A stretch of 63,416 nt of DNA, counting the filler, from Aduncisulcus paluster (lineage: Eukaryota): NCBI GenBank assembly GCA_024181965.1. It is 10 parts of 10 records of this genome, joined end to end, with 100 filler letters (N's around TTAATTAATTAA, not from the genome) between each part and the next. Parts side by side here need not be neighbours in the genome. Positions count along the whole stretch, not along the records: positions 48,298 to 50,259 come from BQXS01011851.1; positions 50,360 to 53,309 come from BQXS01011852.1; positions 53,410 to 56,336 come from BQXS01011853.1; positions 56,437 to 63,416 come from BQXS01011854.1; 6 more parts are not named here. One strand, given 5' to 3'. Below are positions 48,298 to 60,509 of the stretch, piece by piece (position 1 is the first letter of the stretch; each line of letters begins with the position of its first letter). The translations under genes and the position numbers were made by a program. The notes under the pieces are model-generated. The model ran no database searches. It was not told the DNA's origin and saw nothing but the letters and a program-made list of their open reading frames with translations.

Positions 48298-50259
48298 AAG
48301 GAAGAAGTGTCAACTTCAGATCCAAAGTTCACACATGTTAACGGTTCCTCAGAGCCAGAGCCAGAGCCAGACCCAGAGTTGGAGTAATCACGATAGCTGA
48401 AGATAGCACAATCCGTATGGTACTCGCCACTCCACACCTCTTTGCACACAACATTAGAAGAAGGATCGACAGAAGGAGTTGAATCCGAACAATACCCACA
48501 ATAAGCATCATCTTGGTCAATCGCAGTGGAAGTTGACTCATTGCCAGTCGTGATTGTGATGCTGTCAGAAAGAGTGAAGAATGGTGTAAATATCTCATCT
48601 GTCACTCTACAAAGCTTGTTCTGAGACACGTCCAAGGAAGTCAACTCGGAGAACTGGAACAGCAGAGAGATGTCTGTCAGAGAATTGTTCGACAGATCTA
48701 ATGACTGTAGAGAGGATAATGATGAAACATCGAACAGTGAAGAATCAGTCAGCCCAATGTTGGATGCACTCAGAGAGATCAATGATGAGGACAATGGAAT
48801 AAGGGAAGATAAATCAGTGAAGGATGAACACCCACTGATGTCAAGGGACAAGAGTGAGGATGGCAGACAGAATGACGAGAAATAACAAGATGTGGAAGAA
48901 GAGAGGGTGAATGATGTGTTGTCCCTCAAAGAGAGTGTTGAAAGATGTGAGAACTGGGAGAAATCCGTATCTATACTCACACTAACATCAAGAGAATCCA
49001 TCTTCAAGGTGCGCATAGCAGATTTTGGAATATAGGAAACAGAAATGGTCCCATCAATATTAGCTCCACTCACATTGAGAGATTGCAACTTGGAAAGATT
49101 GGACAGTTCCATCAAGAGATATGAAGCAGGTTTTGACTCGTCCAAGGGCAATCCACTCAGATCCAGACTCACCAAGTTTGTGACATAGCGTAACCCTGAG
49201 ATATCAGAGAGACCAGATGACGACAGATCAAGGCCAATGATATCAAGCACCTCAACAAGAGTCAATTCATTTCCAACACATTCAATGCTTGCTCCTTCAG
49301 ATACCTCCACAATGGAAGAATCATCACTATTTGCACAGATAAACTCTTCAAGCGAATCATATGCGAGATATTCACAGATGTCTCCTTCATAACCCTCAGA
49401 GCACGAACAGACATGTGTGGAAATGTCGCATGTTCCATACCCATACACTTCACTACACATGGAACTTACATCATCAGCAGTAACGATAATAGCACATTCA
49501 TACTCACACGATGATTCATCACCATACCATCCTTCAATACACGATGTTTCTGTGCCATCAATGCTACAACATTCAGAATTTGTATTGAATGCAGACGATT
49601 TCACACAAGATGGGAATATGTCAGGAGGAGTGTAATTATCCGATTCATCAAGATATGACACACATGAACTTGAAGATTCATCTCCATTGTCTACTTTGTA
49701 ACTATACAAATTACACTCCACACTCCATTGTTCGTGGGCAGAAGTAGTATTGGTTGTTGTGGTCACTCCACCAGAACTATCATCTGCTTCTTCAACACTC
49801 TCCGTCCAGTCCCACACTTTACGACAGATCGTGTTGGAGGAAAGGGACGCGGCAGAAGAAGTATTTGAACAATGAATAACGGGATCACCAGCACCATCTC
49901 CAGCAGTCTCAGAGGATGAACAGAAACCACAGGAAGAAGTGTCCTGTGAGGAAGATGTGATTGAAGGAGGACTAGAACTTGCATCAGCTCCAGGGAAGAA
50001 ATCATACAATGCAGAACCATCATCATAATCATCTCCATCAAGACAGATGGAATTGTAGCTGACGTCGAGTGTGGCCAAGTCACCATTCAGATGATATAAA
50101 GGAGAGATGTCAACAAGGGAATTGTGTGCAACATTCAACTCATCGAGAGCAAGATGCACAATGGATAAGAGATCGGAATCTACAAGACCCAGGGAGGCAA
50201 GGCCTAAGGAGGAAATGGAAGAGAAACTCTCAAGAATGGATGGGTCAAACAATGAAGTC
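48298..50259 (-). CDS. Internal fragment of an LRR + EGF surface protein
   Basis: Many LRRs (LQSLDLSNNSLTDISLL, LRYVTNLVSLDLSG) and EGF repeats (CSCSEGYEGDIC). The frame is open across the whole scaffold. Confidence 0.85.
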
Positions 50260-50359
50260 NNNNNNNNNNNNNNNNNNNNNNNNNNNNNNNNNNNNNNNNN
50301 NNNTTAATTAATTAANNNNNNNNNNNNNNNNNNNNNNNNNNNNNNNNNNNNNNNNNNNN

Positions 50360-53105
50360 GTATCTCTCTGAAACCAACGATCAGGATAATGCTGTTGACC
50401 AAGATCTCGATGGAATGGACTTTGGCGATGAAGAACAGATGGTAGATGGTGATCCCGATGATTATTTCCACTCTTCACATGTCCTCTCATGCCCTGTTGA
50501 CGATGCAGACTCCATGAATGCCATGCTCATGGTTAAAGAGAATGTCAGCCCATGTGTCTTCGCTGAGGACAAACAGCTGGAAGATCTCAGCAGGAGTGGA
50601 TGCTTTATTTACAACGATGAAGAGGAAGAGGAAGAGGAAGAGGAAAACAGAGCTGTAGTTGAAGAGGGAAGAGAGGAACAAGAAGATGACGATGAAAGGT
50701 ATGCTGATGCTCAAGACATGATCACCGATGCTCAAGACATGATTGAAATTGACGAGCAAGCAGATCAATCCAGATCTCTTGTTGATGCTGAGTTGCAAGA
50801 ACTATTGACTCATTCCCACTCTCACATTCAGGGTCTCACTGAAGAGCTCAAGAAGAATCGTGACCAGAACATTACTCTCAGCTCTGTTAATCAAGAACTT
50901 GAGTCCAAGTTATCTCTGATGGAACAAGACATTGATTCTAAAAGCCAAGAATATGAAGCAGGGCTGGAAGAGTTGCGTTGTACAATTAGTAAGCTCCGTG
51001 CACGTATAACAATTCGGGAGAAGGAACATGAACAAGCCTTCAAGGAACGTGAGGAACAGTTTGCAAAGAAGCTTGAGATGGTTGTTGGACGGTGTGAAGA
51101 GATGGCTTCAACCGCTAAAGAGGCCATCACAGCTCTCCAGGCCGAGAAAGAGAACAATCTTAAGCTCTCTACCCTTGCCAAGAGTCTCAAGGACACCTAT
51201 GAGGATGAACTCAGCTCCATGAAGATCAATTACGAGGAAGAAGGGGAGAAACGTGTCCTTGAAGTTCAGAAGCTTCGTGAGATTGTCAATAAGGAACTAT
51301 CAGCCGCTCTCAAGGAGCTTGATGACGAGAAAGAGAAGCGTGTGTCTGCAGAGGATGAACTGGACTCTGTTTCTTCAAGCCATGCCATTGCTATCTCTGT
51401 GCTCCAAGAAGACCTTAAGGATGCTACGGGTAAAAAGGATTCCGCTCTTGCCAATCTCAAGAATGCTGAGGAAAGGATTGCTGAGTTTGAGAGGAAAGCA
51501 GACGTTGAAAAGAAAAGACTGGAAAACGCTATTTCTGAGAAAGATGAAGCTGAGAAACAACGGGATATATTTAAGGCTGAGAAAGACACTCTTGAAGATG
51601 AGAAAGAAGAGCTTCTCAAGGAGAAAGAAGAGCTTCTCAAGGAGAAAGAAGAGTGGGAGAGCCTGAAAGTTGTGTGGGAAAAGGACAAAGATGAGTGGCA
51701 AGTCGAACAAGAAAAGCTTGATTCTCGTGTTCAAGAACTAGCTGATGAGTTTGCCCAGAATGACAAGGAACAAAAAGCTCTTGTTGCCCTCGTGAAAGAG
51801 AAAGATGCCACCATTTTGGAATTGCAAGAGAAGCTGGACGAATGGGAACGAGAAAGAGAAGAAGAGGAGAAAGAGAGAGAAGAGGAGGAGAGAAGAAGGA
51901 AGGAAGAGGAAGAGGAATTGGAAAGAAAGAAGAAGGAAGAGGAAGAAAAACAAAAAGCTCTTGAACTTGCCGTAGAGAAGGAAAGAGAAGAGCTTGAGAA
52001 GCAAGAGAACATTGAAGCTGCCAAGTTTATTCCTGTTAATGTACAAAAGGCTGAACGGGAACAGAAATCATTCATTCATCGTGAAGATAGTGGTGTTTCC
52101 ACGATGGTTGCTCACCTTCAACGTGCTGTCCACTCTCCTAAGCTCTCCAACCCTTCAAAGGCATCCCAACCGCCTCTTGCTCGTCAGAAGTCCCACACTG
52201 GCAGTGGTGAGTATGTTCGTGGTCTCTCACATTCTGCCTCTGTATCTCCCCAAAGAGCTCTCTACTCCCTTGAACATGCCCTCAAAGAGCTTAGAGAGTG
52301 GACTGGAGAGCGCAAGAAGGAGGATGAACTTCGGAAAGAGGAACAGAAGAGAATCCTTGAGCAATCTGAGCACCTTTCTATTCAACAGATGGCTCCATCT
52401 CTTCCACCCACCCAATCTCAGCCTTCTCTGACAATTGCTCAATCATTACTCCCGGAGGAACAGCTCAGGCCTTCTCAGAGAGCTTTTCTACCATCAGGAT
52501 CGAATGGAATGCGTTCGAGATCATCAGGTTCCATCAGTCTTGCTCTTCTTGAACGTGAGTTACTCTCTTCGCCCTCTCCTCCTCCCCTTCGCACCACTCT
52601 CAAGTCCAGTCCCAAGAAGAGAAGCCAGGAGCTCTCAAAGAAGAAGTCTCTCCCTACTGATGAATTGGCCCTCACTGAAGGTAAGGGAGCGAGTATTCCT
52701 CATCCAAGACATTATCAGAAGAGAACAACTGTCACTTCGAGCGCTGGATCCATTCGACCTTCTGCTTCTTACTCGAGGATGTCATTCGAAGAACTACTGG
52801 ATTCCGACAGTGGCAGTAGGTCCAGTGGAAAGACGAAGATCGAGCAACAGCAAGAACAATTTTCTGATGATAAGGACCAAGGATATGTCGATTCATCCCA
52901 ACCTCCTTCCCCATCCTCTTCTCTAAGATCCCTGAACCCACCCAAACCTGACCAAGTAGACTCTGCTTCTTCTGTCTCTTCTGCCTCTATCCCACAGACA
53001 TCTGCAATCACCATCAATGAAGGAGAAGATGTCATGTCATATATTAGAAGGACAAGAAGGTATCTTTTTGACAGATCTGTGAAAAAGAATTGGGATAAAA
53101 TGTAA
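50360..53105 (+). CDS. Long coiled-coil protein with a Ser/Pro-rich tail, 5' partial
   Basis: 896-aa ORF with E/K heptads and short tandem duplications (AQDMITD x2, EKEELLK x2). Confidence 0.8.
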
Positions 53106-53563
53106 TTTTGCATTTTATTTGTTCTCTTGTTTTGACTTTTTCTCTCTAATAATAATTTGATCTTCTCGCTTTCAAGCTTCAAGCTTATGATATGCAAATT
53201 GAATTGTGTTTTGTTTTATAATATGAATCTGCTAATAAATTTAAAATTTGAATGATCATTGATTATATAATTAATAAGCTCTGGCCACGTACCCCCAATA
53301 TTTTGCTGGNNNNNNNNNNNNNNNNNNNNNNNNNNNNNNNNNNNNNNNNNNNNTTAATTAATTAANNNNNNNNNNNNNNNNNNNNNNNNNNNNNNNNNNN
53401 NNNNNNNNNTTTATATTAATATAATTCGAATTAATTATTGTCGCCACCTTGCAGAGATTAATACTTTTTTGACTTCCATTTCTGGGAGATCCAAAAATTA
53501 TTGTAAAGAGATTTTGCGCTTTTATTTTAATAAATTTGTTCACGGACATAAATCCCAGATAAA

Positions 53564-54109
53564 CTAACACTCCTTTTCCCGTAATAACATCGCCGCTTTG
53601 ACTTTTGCCTTGCCTTTCTTTCCACCAATTCGGGCATATTGTTCCTCTGGATCATACGAGAACTTTCTGCTATCCAATTCAATTGTCACCGGACCATCAT
53701 TAACCAAACTAACCATCATATACGCACCGAATATCCCACAATGAACCTTCTCAGAGCCAAGTGCAGAGATAAACATATCAACAATATTTAAATACATTTT
53801 CTTTGCCTCAGATCCTTCCAGAGCATCATGAAAATCAGGCCGATTTCCCTTCATTTGATTATATAGAGTGAATTGGGATATAACAAGAACGTGCCCGCCA
53901 ATATCTTTAACACTTTTATGCCAAGCACGAATTTCTGAATTAAAGAACCGTCCATTCACACATTTACCCACAAGGTATTTGGCATCTTCTTCAATATCAT
54001 CTTTAGTGATACCGACCAAAATAACAAGACCAGGTGAGTCAAAACTTCCAACAACCTTTCCCTCAACAGAAACAGATCCTTTGAGAGCCCTTTGAACAAC
54101 AAATCGCAT
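53564..54109 (-). CDS. DTD1: D-aminoacyl-tRNA deacylase
   Basis: MRFVVQRA start, SQFTL, KGNRPDFH, GIFGAYM and the NDGPVT Gly-cisPro motif. Confidence 0.96.
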   Translation of the reverse strand: MRFVVQRALKGSVSVEGKVVGSFDSPGLVILVGITKDDIEEDAKYLVGKCVNGRFFNSEIRAWHKSVKDIGGHVLVISQFTLYNQMKGNRPDFHDALEGSEAKKMYLNIVDMFISALGSEKVHCGIFGAYMMVSLVNDGPVTIELDSRKFSYDPEEQYARIGGKKGKAKVKAAMLLREKEC

Positions 54110-54413
54110 TCCGAAGGTCACCAAAAACAAGAGTTCTGCTGGCAAGAACTTCTTGTTTAATCAAAATGATCAAAAATACAATATTTATTGATAACATGAG
54201 ATTTTATGCCAATAATAATCTGAATATAGGAATATGAACGCTGAGTATCCACAGAGCATAAATCACTCATTGACACTCAATAAAATTATTTTAAGTCTGA
54301 ATAGCCTGAAAATTTGATAAATACTTATATCGGTCTTCAAATATACCTTAAAGAAATATGATATGGGAAATTGAATGGAAGAATATACATAATTTGAAAT
54401 TTCAAGAGAGAAA

Positions 54414-55169
54414 TTATTCAACTAACTGCCCAAGAAGAGATGTTTTCATGGATTGTAGTGCTAAAACCTCTTGTTCAAGGGCTTCTTTTCTTAAAGACAT
54501 CTGAATATCGCGAGTAGAGGGAAGTTTAACTTGCAAATGCTTAATATGATCCACAACAAGACCAATTTCGTGTTTAACATCTCGAAGAGTTTTATCAAAA
54601 ATATCTTTTAAACCATGAAACACTTCATCTTCCCCAGCTTTCACATCAAAAGACGTTTGGCGGAGTCTAGATAATCGCTTCTTCAATTTGGTAATTTCAA
54701 TCTTTTCTATAGATTGAGTTTTCACTTCTTCAGACTTCATATGTTCAATAAAATGATGCATTTCCAAAGATAATTGTTGTAATTTCAATTCATATCTCTT
54801 TCTATTTTCGTCATCTAACATATCAAGATGTTCAATTTGATCACGACAGTACTTGGCAGTCTCATCGATCTTCTTCTTCATTTTACCTCTCTCTATTCTC
54901 TCTATTTCAGATGTTCGATGCTGGAAAAGAGATATTTCTTCTTCTAAGAGTTCTTCTTCCCGCTTAATTCGAGATTGAAGAAGCTGAATATGTTTATCAA
55001 GTCTATCTTCCTCTTCTCTTTGTTTTTGTTGAAAAACTTCAACATTATCTTCATAAGATCTCAATAATTGATTATATGTTGTTTCTATTGAATGGATCCC
55101 TTGTCCTCGACCTGTTGGATTCGATACGCGTCTAAATTCGGCTTCAGAACTATCAGAATGAGAATCCAT
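54414..55169 (-). CDS. Coiled-coil hypothetical protein
   Basis: ATG at 55169 (MDSHSDSS), about 251 aa of heptad pattern. Confidence 0.7.
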   Translation of the reverse strand: MDSHSDSSEAEFRRVSNPTGRGQGIHSIETTYNQLLRSYEDNVEVFQQKQREEEDRLDKHIQLLQSRIKREEELLEEEISLFQHRTSEIERIERGKMKKKIDETAKYCRDQIEHLDMLDDENRKRYELKLQQLSLEMHHFIEHMKSEEVKTQSIEKIEITKLKKRLSRLRQTSFDVKAGEDEVFHGLKDIFDKTLRDVKHEIGLVVDHIKHLQVKLPSTRDIQMSLRKEALEQEVLALQSMKTSLLGQLVE

Positions 55170-55412
55170 ATTTGTTAACAAATTTTTAGCGGATAAAAAC
55201 TATTAATATATAACCAGTTATATCAGGATTAGCAAAACCACAAATTGTGTGATCTGGGTTTTTCTATCCATTTTCCATCAGAAATCCCAAAACTATTAGA
55301 AATAAATACAAGATTTATATTCATAAAATTAAAAATATATTTACTAATTTGTAGATTTGCACCGAGAGCTGAATCATCATGATTCACCGGGAAATCCACC
55401 CCAAAGCAATCA

Positions 55413-56336
55413 TTATTCAATTCCTGAAACTATATCTTGTGCAACTTTGATTATATCTTTCCCAATTCCTGCCATTTGTGCAACATTTACCCCATAACTT
55501 GATGGACTTTTCCCCTTTTTGAATGAATATAGGAAACGAACAATTTCATCATCCTTTACAAATCCCATATGTCTTGCCTGGCATGCTTCAAACTCATGGA
55601 CACTATCACTCACGTAAGAAGAGTGCGTGGAAAGGAACGAGACAGCACCAATTGTACAAACATGGTTGAGGACTGCAGTCGTGATAGCGGCTGCATCGAG
55701 AGATGCTGTGCCCCGACCAAGTTCATCAAGGAGAACCAATGAATCAGATGTGGCAAATTTCAGTGCTTGTTGAGTTTCCTCCAATTCACAGAGAAAGGTA
55801 CTTTTCCCTCTTAAAATATCGTCTTCAGCTCCAGCCCTTACCGCAATATGGTCAAACATAGGAAGATATGATCCACTATTGCAAGGAATGGGGAATCCAC
55901 ATTGACAAAGGATGGCAGAGAGAGCTACACTTTTCATCAGACAACTTTTCCCACTCATATTTCCACCACTGAGAACAATAACAGGCTGATGCTTCACGAT
56001 TGAAACATCGGTAGGAACATAAGAAGAAAAGGACAATTCAGCAATTGGATGTCTCATTTGAATAAGATGGAGCTTATTTTCGTATAGAGCAGATTCTGAA
56101 GTATCATAGATTTGGGGGATGGAAAACTTGCGTAAACGAATTAATTTTGAACAACATGTCAAAACATCAAGAGTTCCAACGGTTTTACAAACCTTTTGAA
56201 TGGCTCTAGCGCAAGAAGATGATGAAAATGAAAGCAATAAAGATCTGTACAATTCTTTGCAAGCAATATCGTGGCGCTCCGTATTAATATCAAAATCATC
56301 CACAAGAAGCTGTGTAGAATCATTCCTGTATCTGAT
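55413..56336 (-). CDS. MutS-family ATPase domain, most like MSH6, 5' partial
   Basis: MRHP, GGNMSGKS (Walker A), GKSTFLCEL, LLDELGRGT, STH, FLYSFKKGKSPSSYGVNVAQMAGI. Confidence 0.93.
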   Translation of the reverse strand: MRYRNDSTQLLVDDFDINTERHDIACKELYRSLLLSFSSSSCARAIQKVCKTVGTLDVLTCCSKLIRLRKFSIPQIYDTSESALYENKLHLIQMRHPIAELSFSSYVPTDVSIVKHQPVIVLSGGNMSGKSCLMKSVALSAILCQCGFPIPCNSGSYLPMFDHIAVRAGAEDDILRGKSTFLCELEETQQALKFATSDSLVLLDELGRGTASLDAAAITTAVLNHVCTIGAVSFLSTHSSYVSDSVHEFEACQARHMGFVKDDEIVRFLYSFKKGKSPSSYGVNVAQMAGIGKDIIKVAQDIVSGIE

Positions 56337-56436
56337 NNNNNNNNNNNNNNNNNNNNNNNNNNNNNNNNNNNNNNNNNNNNTTAATTAATTAANNNNNNNN
56401 NNNNNNNNNNNNNNNNNNNNNNNNNNNNNNNNNNNN

Positions 56437-58587
56437 CAACAATGCTCTTGGTGGATGAAGAATGATTCTCATCAACACGCTTGTGAATCTCGTCAACCTG
56501 CTTCAAACTTTCCTCACGAGATACCCGTTCATCCTCAACCATTCGAACAACCTTACGTTCGAGATTGTCAAGATCGTCCTTGCACGAAACATGCTCAAGC
56601 CCACTCTCAATACCTTCAATCTTCTTTGTAGTTTGAACTATGTCTTCACGGAGAGCAGTGGTTTCCTTCTGAAGAGCTTCGTCACGAGCTGCGTCTTCGT
56701 CTCTTTCCTTCTCCACTTTATGTTCGAGCTCAGCGAATTGACTGGTCATTTCTTCACGGAGAGCAGTGGTTTCTTTCTGAAGAGCTTCGTCACGAGCAGC
56801 ATCTTCGTCCTTTCCTTCTCCACTTTATGTTCGAGCTCAGCGAATTGACTGGTCATTTCTTCACGGAGAGCAGTGGTTTCCTTCTGAAGAGCTTCGTCAC
56901 GAGCTGCGTCTTCGTCTCTTTCCTTCTCCACTTTATGTTCGAGCTCAGCGAATTGACTGGTCATTTCTTCACGGAGAGCAGTGGTTTCTTTCTGAAGAGC
57001 TTCGTCACGAGCAGCATCTTCGTCCTTGGCCTCTTCAACTTTACGTTCAAGTTTTGAAAGATATTCTTTTGCCTCAGTCAGATCTTCCTGAATAACAGTA
57101 ACAACGTCCTCACACCCAGCAATTCTCTTTGAGGTGTGAACTATTTCTTCATCCTTTCTCCTCAAAGCATCAGCGTGTTGAGAAAGAGTCTCTTCAGAAG
57201 AGGACATTCTTTGTCCAATTAGAGAAATATCAGCTTTGACTTCGCTAATTCCTTCATTTATCGCTTGAGCAGTGGCGTATTTGGTTTCCTTGAATTTCGA
57301 GTCAATATTTTTCTTCAACAGCTCAACCTCGTGTATTTCTTTCATTCGAATATCCATCGACATTTGATCGACTTTTCGACTCAATTCGGCCATTACCAGA
57401 CTCCTGTCCGCAACTTCTTTTCTAATCATCTCCCTATTTTCCTTGGTAGCAACGTTGATGGAAGTGTTCCTCTCAAGAGCAACTTTCACGGAGGCAGCCA
57501 ACTCGGTGATCCTTGACCTGGCCTCACTGGGAAGCATAGACACAGACGAAGTCACAGGAATCTCTTCAAAGTCCTCCACAATGGGAATACGAGGCTTGGA
57601 GTCGACAAATATCCATGTGTCACTGAGTATCTGCCCAAGACGAGCACCTTGACCTCCAAACAGAATTAGACCTTTTGAGAAACTCACAAGAGAGTGTCCA
57701 CAACGTGAGGATGGACCAGAAGTTGGAGAATGAATTCGATGCCAGATTTCACCATCAAATTTCCACAAATCACTCAAAACACCTTCAAAACCACGACCTC
57801 CACTGATGTAAAGTTCTCCATTGTGTGCACAGGAAGCATGCATCTGTCTTGCAGTGGGAGTTGGACCGGAAACAGAGATTTGTTCCCATTTACCATGTTC
57901 GATACCACTCTCAAGTTCCACAATGGAGAGTTCCCACAAATCTCCACAATATTGTCCAGAAAATCCTCCAAACATATATATTTTGTTATTTACAACAGTC
58001 ATTGTGTGTCCATATCTTGCCATTGGAGAAATATCAACTTCAATTGATTCCCAAATGTTAGTGGAAGGATCAAACGACCAAAGATCAGATCCATACATTT
58101 TGGTGTCATCTTGACGAATAGATCCTCCAAACATGTATATTTTGTTATTTTTCGCGATACAGGCATGTCCAGATCGAACTGGAGGTTTCAAATGAGTTTT
58201 CATTCTGCCATCAATTCGTTCCCATCTATTATCCAAAAAATGATATGCCCATACGTCATTTACAAAATGCTGGCGAGTTTCACCTGCAACAATGTACATG
58301 CAATCATCAATAACGCATGCGGAGTGACTACTACGATGGGACAGGGACATTCCAACAATTTTGTTCCATTTTCTTGTTGATGTATCATATTTCCACAAAT
58401 TATCAAGGTGAGAAGATGATTGACCTCCAAACAAATACATGTTGTTTCGATGAGAGACACAAGTATGTAAAAACCTCTTTTCAGGATTAATAAGCATCTT
58501 CGTTGCCTCCCACTCACCATATGGTTTTGATTTTTCTACTTTATAGGATTTCTTTCCCCTCTTTTGATCAAGAGTGAGAGAGAGCAT
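56437..58587 (-). CDS. Kelch-repeat beta-propeller + coiled-coil protein with 36-aa tandem repeats, 3' partial
   Basis: Six kelch blades (R..H......MY.FGG...D.W) followed by a coiled coil. A frame break near 56810 lies inside the repeat array. Confidence 0.9.
56647..57026 (-). repeat. 108-bp coding tandem repeat, about 3.5 copies (EMTSQFAELEHKVEKERDEDAARDEALQKETTALRE)
   Basis: ggtcatttc recurs at 56744, 56851 and 56959 (periods 107 and 108). Confidence 0.9.
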
Positions 58588-58902
58588 AGTCTAAAAAATA
58601 TATGGTTCAAATTACTGTTAATTGGGTGTTAAAAGATAAAAAGATGAAAGTTACATAATATCAATTACATACGAGTTCAAAGAATATCGAAAATAATCTT
58701 GTGATCAGAAATAAATGAAAAAAAGAAGCGACAGTTTTTCCTGTTCGTGTTCGGGGAAAGCATCGAATAAAATATCACAATATTATAAATAATGACCACA
58801 GTTAATTTATTTTAAATTTCAAAATGCAATATTTTACACTCCCCTACGAGTGAACAAAAAGAAGAGGTTGTGGTTGGTTTTGGAGAGCAATAACATTGAA
58901 AA

Positions 58903-60252
58903 ATGATTGCTACTGGTGTTGGAGATAATATTAAAAAACTTAGGATCGAGGAAGAAAGAATTCAAACATGTATTGATAGGTTATGTTCAGCATCCCAAGA
59001 TTTAGTAGTAACTCATTCTGATATTGAATCAAATCTCATATCAAAACTATTATGCAAGGAAGAAACTTCCATTGGGATAAATTATAAATTTATTCATTCA
59101 CTTAAAGAATTTTATGAAGAGAAACAGCCAACTCCTAGCGAAGAAGATCCGTCCGATCAAATTTTTGACGCTAGTATTTTTTCAAATTTACTTCGTTTAT
59201 CACCATCTGTTCGGAGATCTCTTGAAAAAGAATCGAAACGATTAATTTCCAGCATATCCCATGTCAAAACTCAAATTTCAAGAAAAGCCCTTGATATTCA
59301 CGGAATTAAAACAAGAATTAAAGAATTGAAACGGATGCATAAGACCCTTGTTTCAAGTCCTTCTGTGGGTATTCCTTCCCTTGATGATGTATTCTCTGAA
59401 AATGAATCCCTCGGTGCATCCTTTTCTTCATACATTCCATCCTTTATTTCTCAACTTCAACAAACCGTTCAACAACAGATATATTCGCAAATTCTCCGTT
59501 CATCTACTCAGTTATCTCTCATGCGACAAGAAGAAAGCCTAAAAATGATTAAAGCATCTCTTTCACATTCTATCAATCAACAAACTCGAATCTTGAGCTG
59601 TGTTAGTGTTTGTGAAGAACATAAACAAAGAATTAGAAAAAGTGTTGGCACCATAAATACTATCGTTAAGGATCTCACTTCTTTACGGGATTTCAGCAAT
59701 GAAAGACAGAGTTCATGCATATGTTTAGCAGGAGAGAAGGAAAGATTACCTTCATGTCAAGATCTCAATATTGCAATTGAAAAACAACGCTTAACATTGT
59801 TGCAACGATCCAAAAAGGGCTCTCCAGAATATCAATCATTTGTATCCTCTCTCTATTCAGCCATTTCTTCACTCAATCGTTGTAGCGATTTTATTGATAA
59901 ATCTGGAATTTTATCCATTGACTCCATTTCAAAGGAATTAACTCAAACAAACTCTGAACAGAAACAGACTAGAGATTCAATTCTTCCAACCCTTGTTGCA
60001 CTCAAAACAAGTTCAACGGATTCATCTATGGCTCAAAAACTTCGATTTTCCCTCGCTTTGAAGATTGATGAATTGCATTCAAAACATTCATCAATTTTTC
60101 ATGAATCGAGAACGAGTAGAGATTCATTAGAGGAGAATCTAACAACTCAGGATATTAAGGCACGGTTTGCAGCGATCCAAAAGACCTTAAAGAATTCAAA
60201 AAAGCATCAACCTCCACAAAGCCCCGATATTTTTTCCATCATGACGAAGTAA
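58903..60252 (+). CDS. Coiled-coil hypothetical protein
   Basis: 449-aa ORF with helical composition and no recognised motif. Confidence 0.7.
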   Translation: MIATGVGDNIKKLRIEEERIQTCIDRLCSASQDLVVTHSDIESNLISKLLCKEETSIGINYKFIHSLKEFYEEKQPTPSEEDPSDQIFDASIFSNLLRLSPSVRRSLEKESKRLISSISHVKTQISRKALDIHGIKTRIKELKRMHKTLVSSPSVGIPSLDDVFSENESLGASFSSYIPSFISQLQQTVQQQIYSQILRSSTQLSLMRQEESLKMIKASLSHSINQQTRILSCVSVCEEHKQRIRKSVGTINTIVKDLTSLRDFSNERQSSCICLAGEKERLPSCQDLNIAIEKQRLTLLQRSKKGSPEYQSFVSSLYSAISSLNRCSDFIDKSGILSIDSISKELTQTNSEQKQTRDSILPTLVALKTSSTDSSMAQKLRFSLALKIDELHSKHSSIFHESRTSRDSLEENLTTQDIKARFAAIQKTLKNSKKHQPPQSPDIFSIMTK

Positions 60253-60509
60253 AGCCAAAGAACATAATGAAATGAGTATAATGTGCAGTATAGTACAATG
60301 AATCCTATCTAGTATGTACAGTAGATGTACAAATAATTACTTCTGTTAGATTGAAATAATAACTAAAAATAGATATTATTATATAATATTTTATAAATTA
60401 ATTTAATAAATAATAAAATAATCTTCAATAAAAAATAATCCATAAAATGATTTATTAAAATTCTAAAAATAGATCTTTAATTCATTCGAGAGATATTTTT
60501 TCTTCTTGC

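Noticed and set aside
56647..57026. 108-bp repeat array as CRISPR-like, and its frame break as programmed
   Set aside because: There are no spacers and the array is coding. The 107-bp unit is a chimera of the first and later copies, consistent with assembly error.
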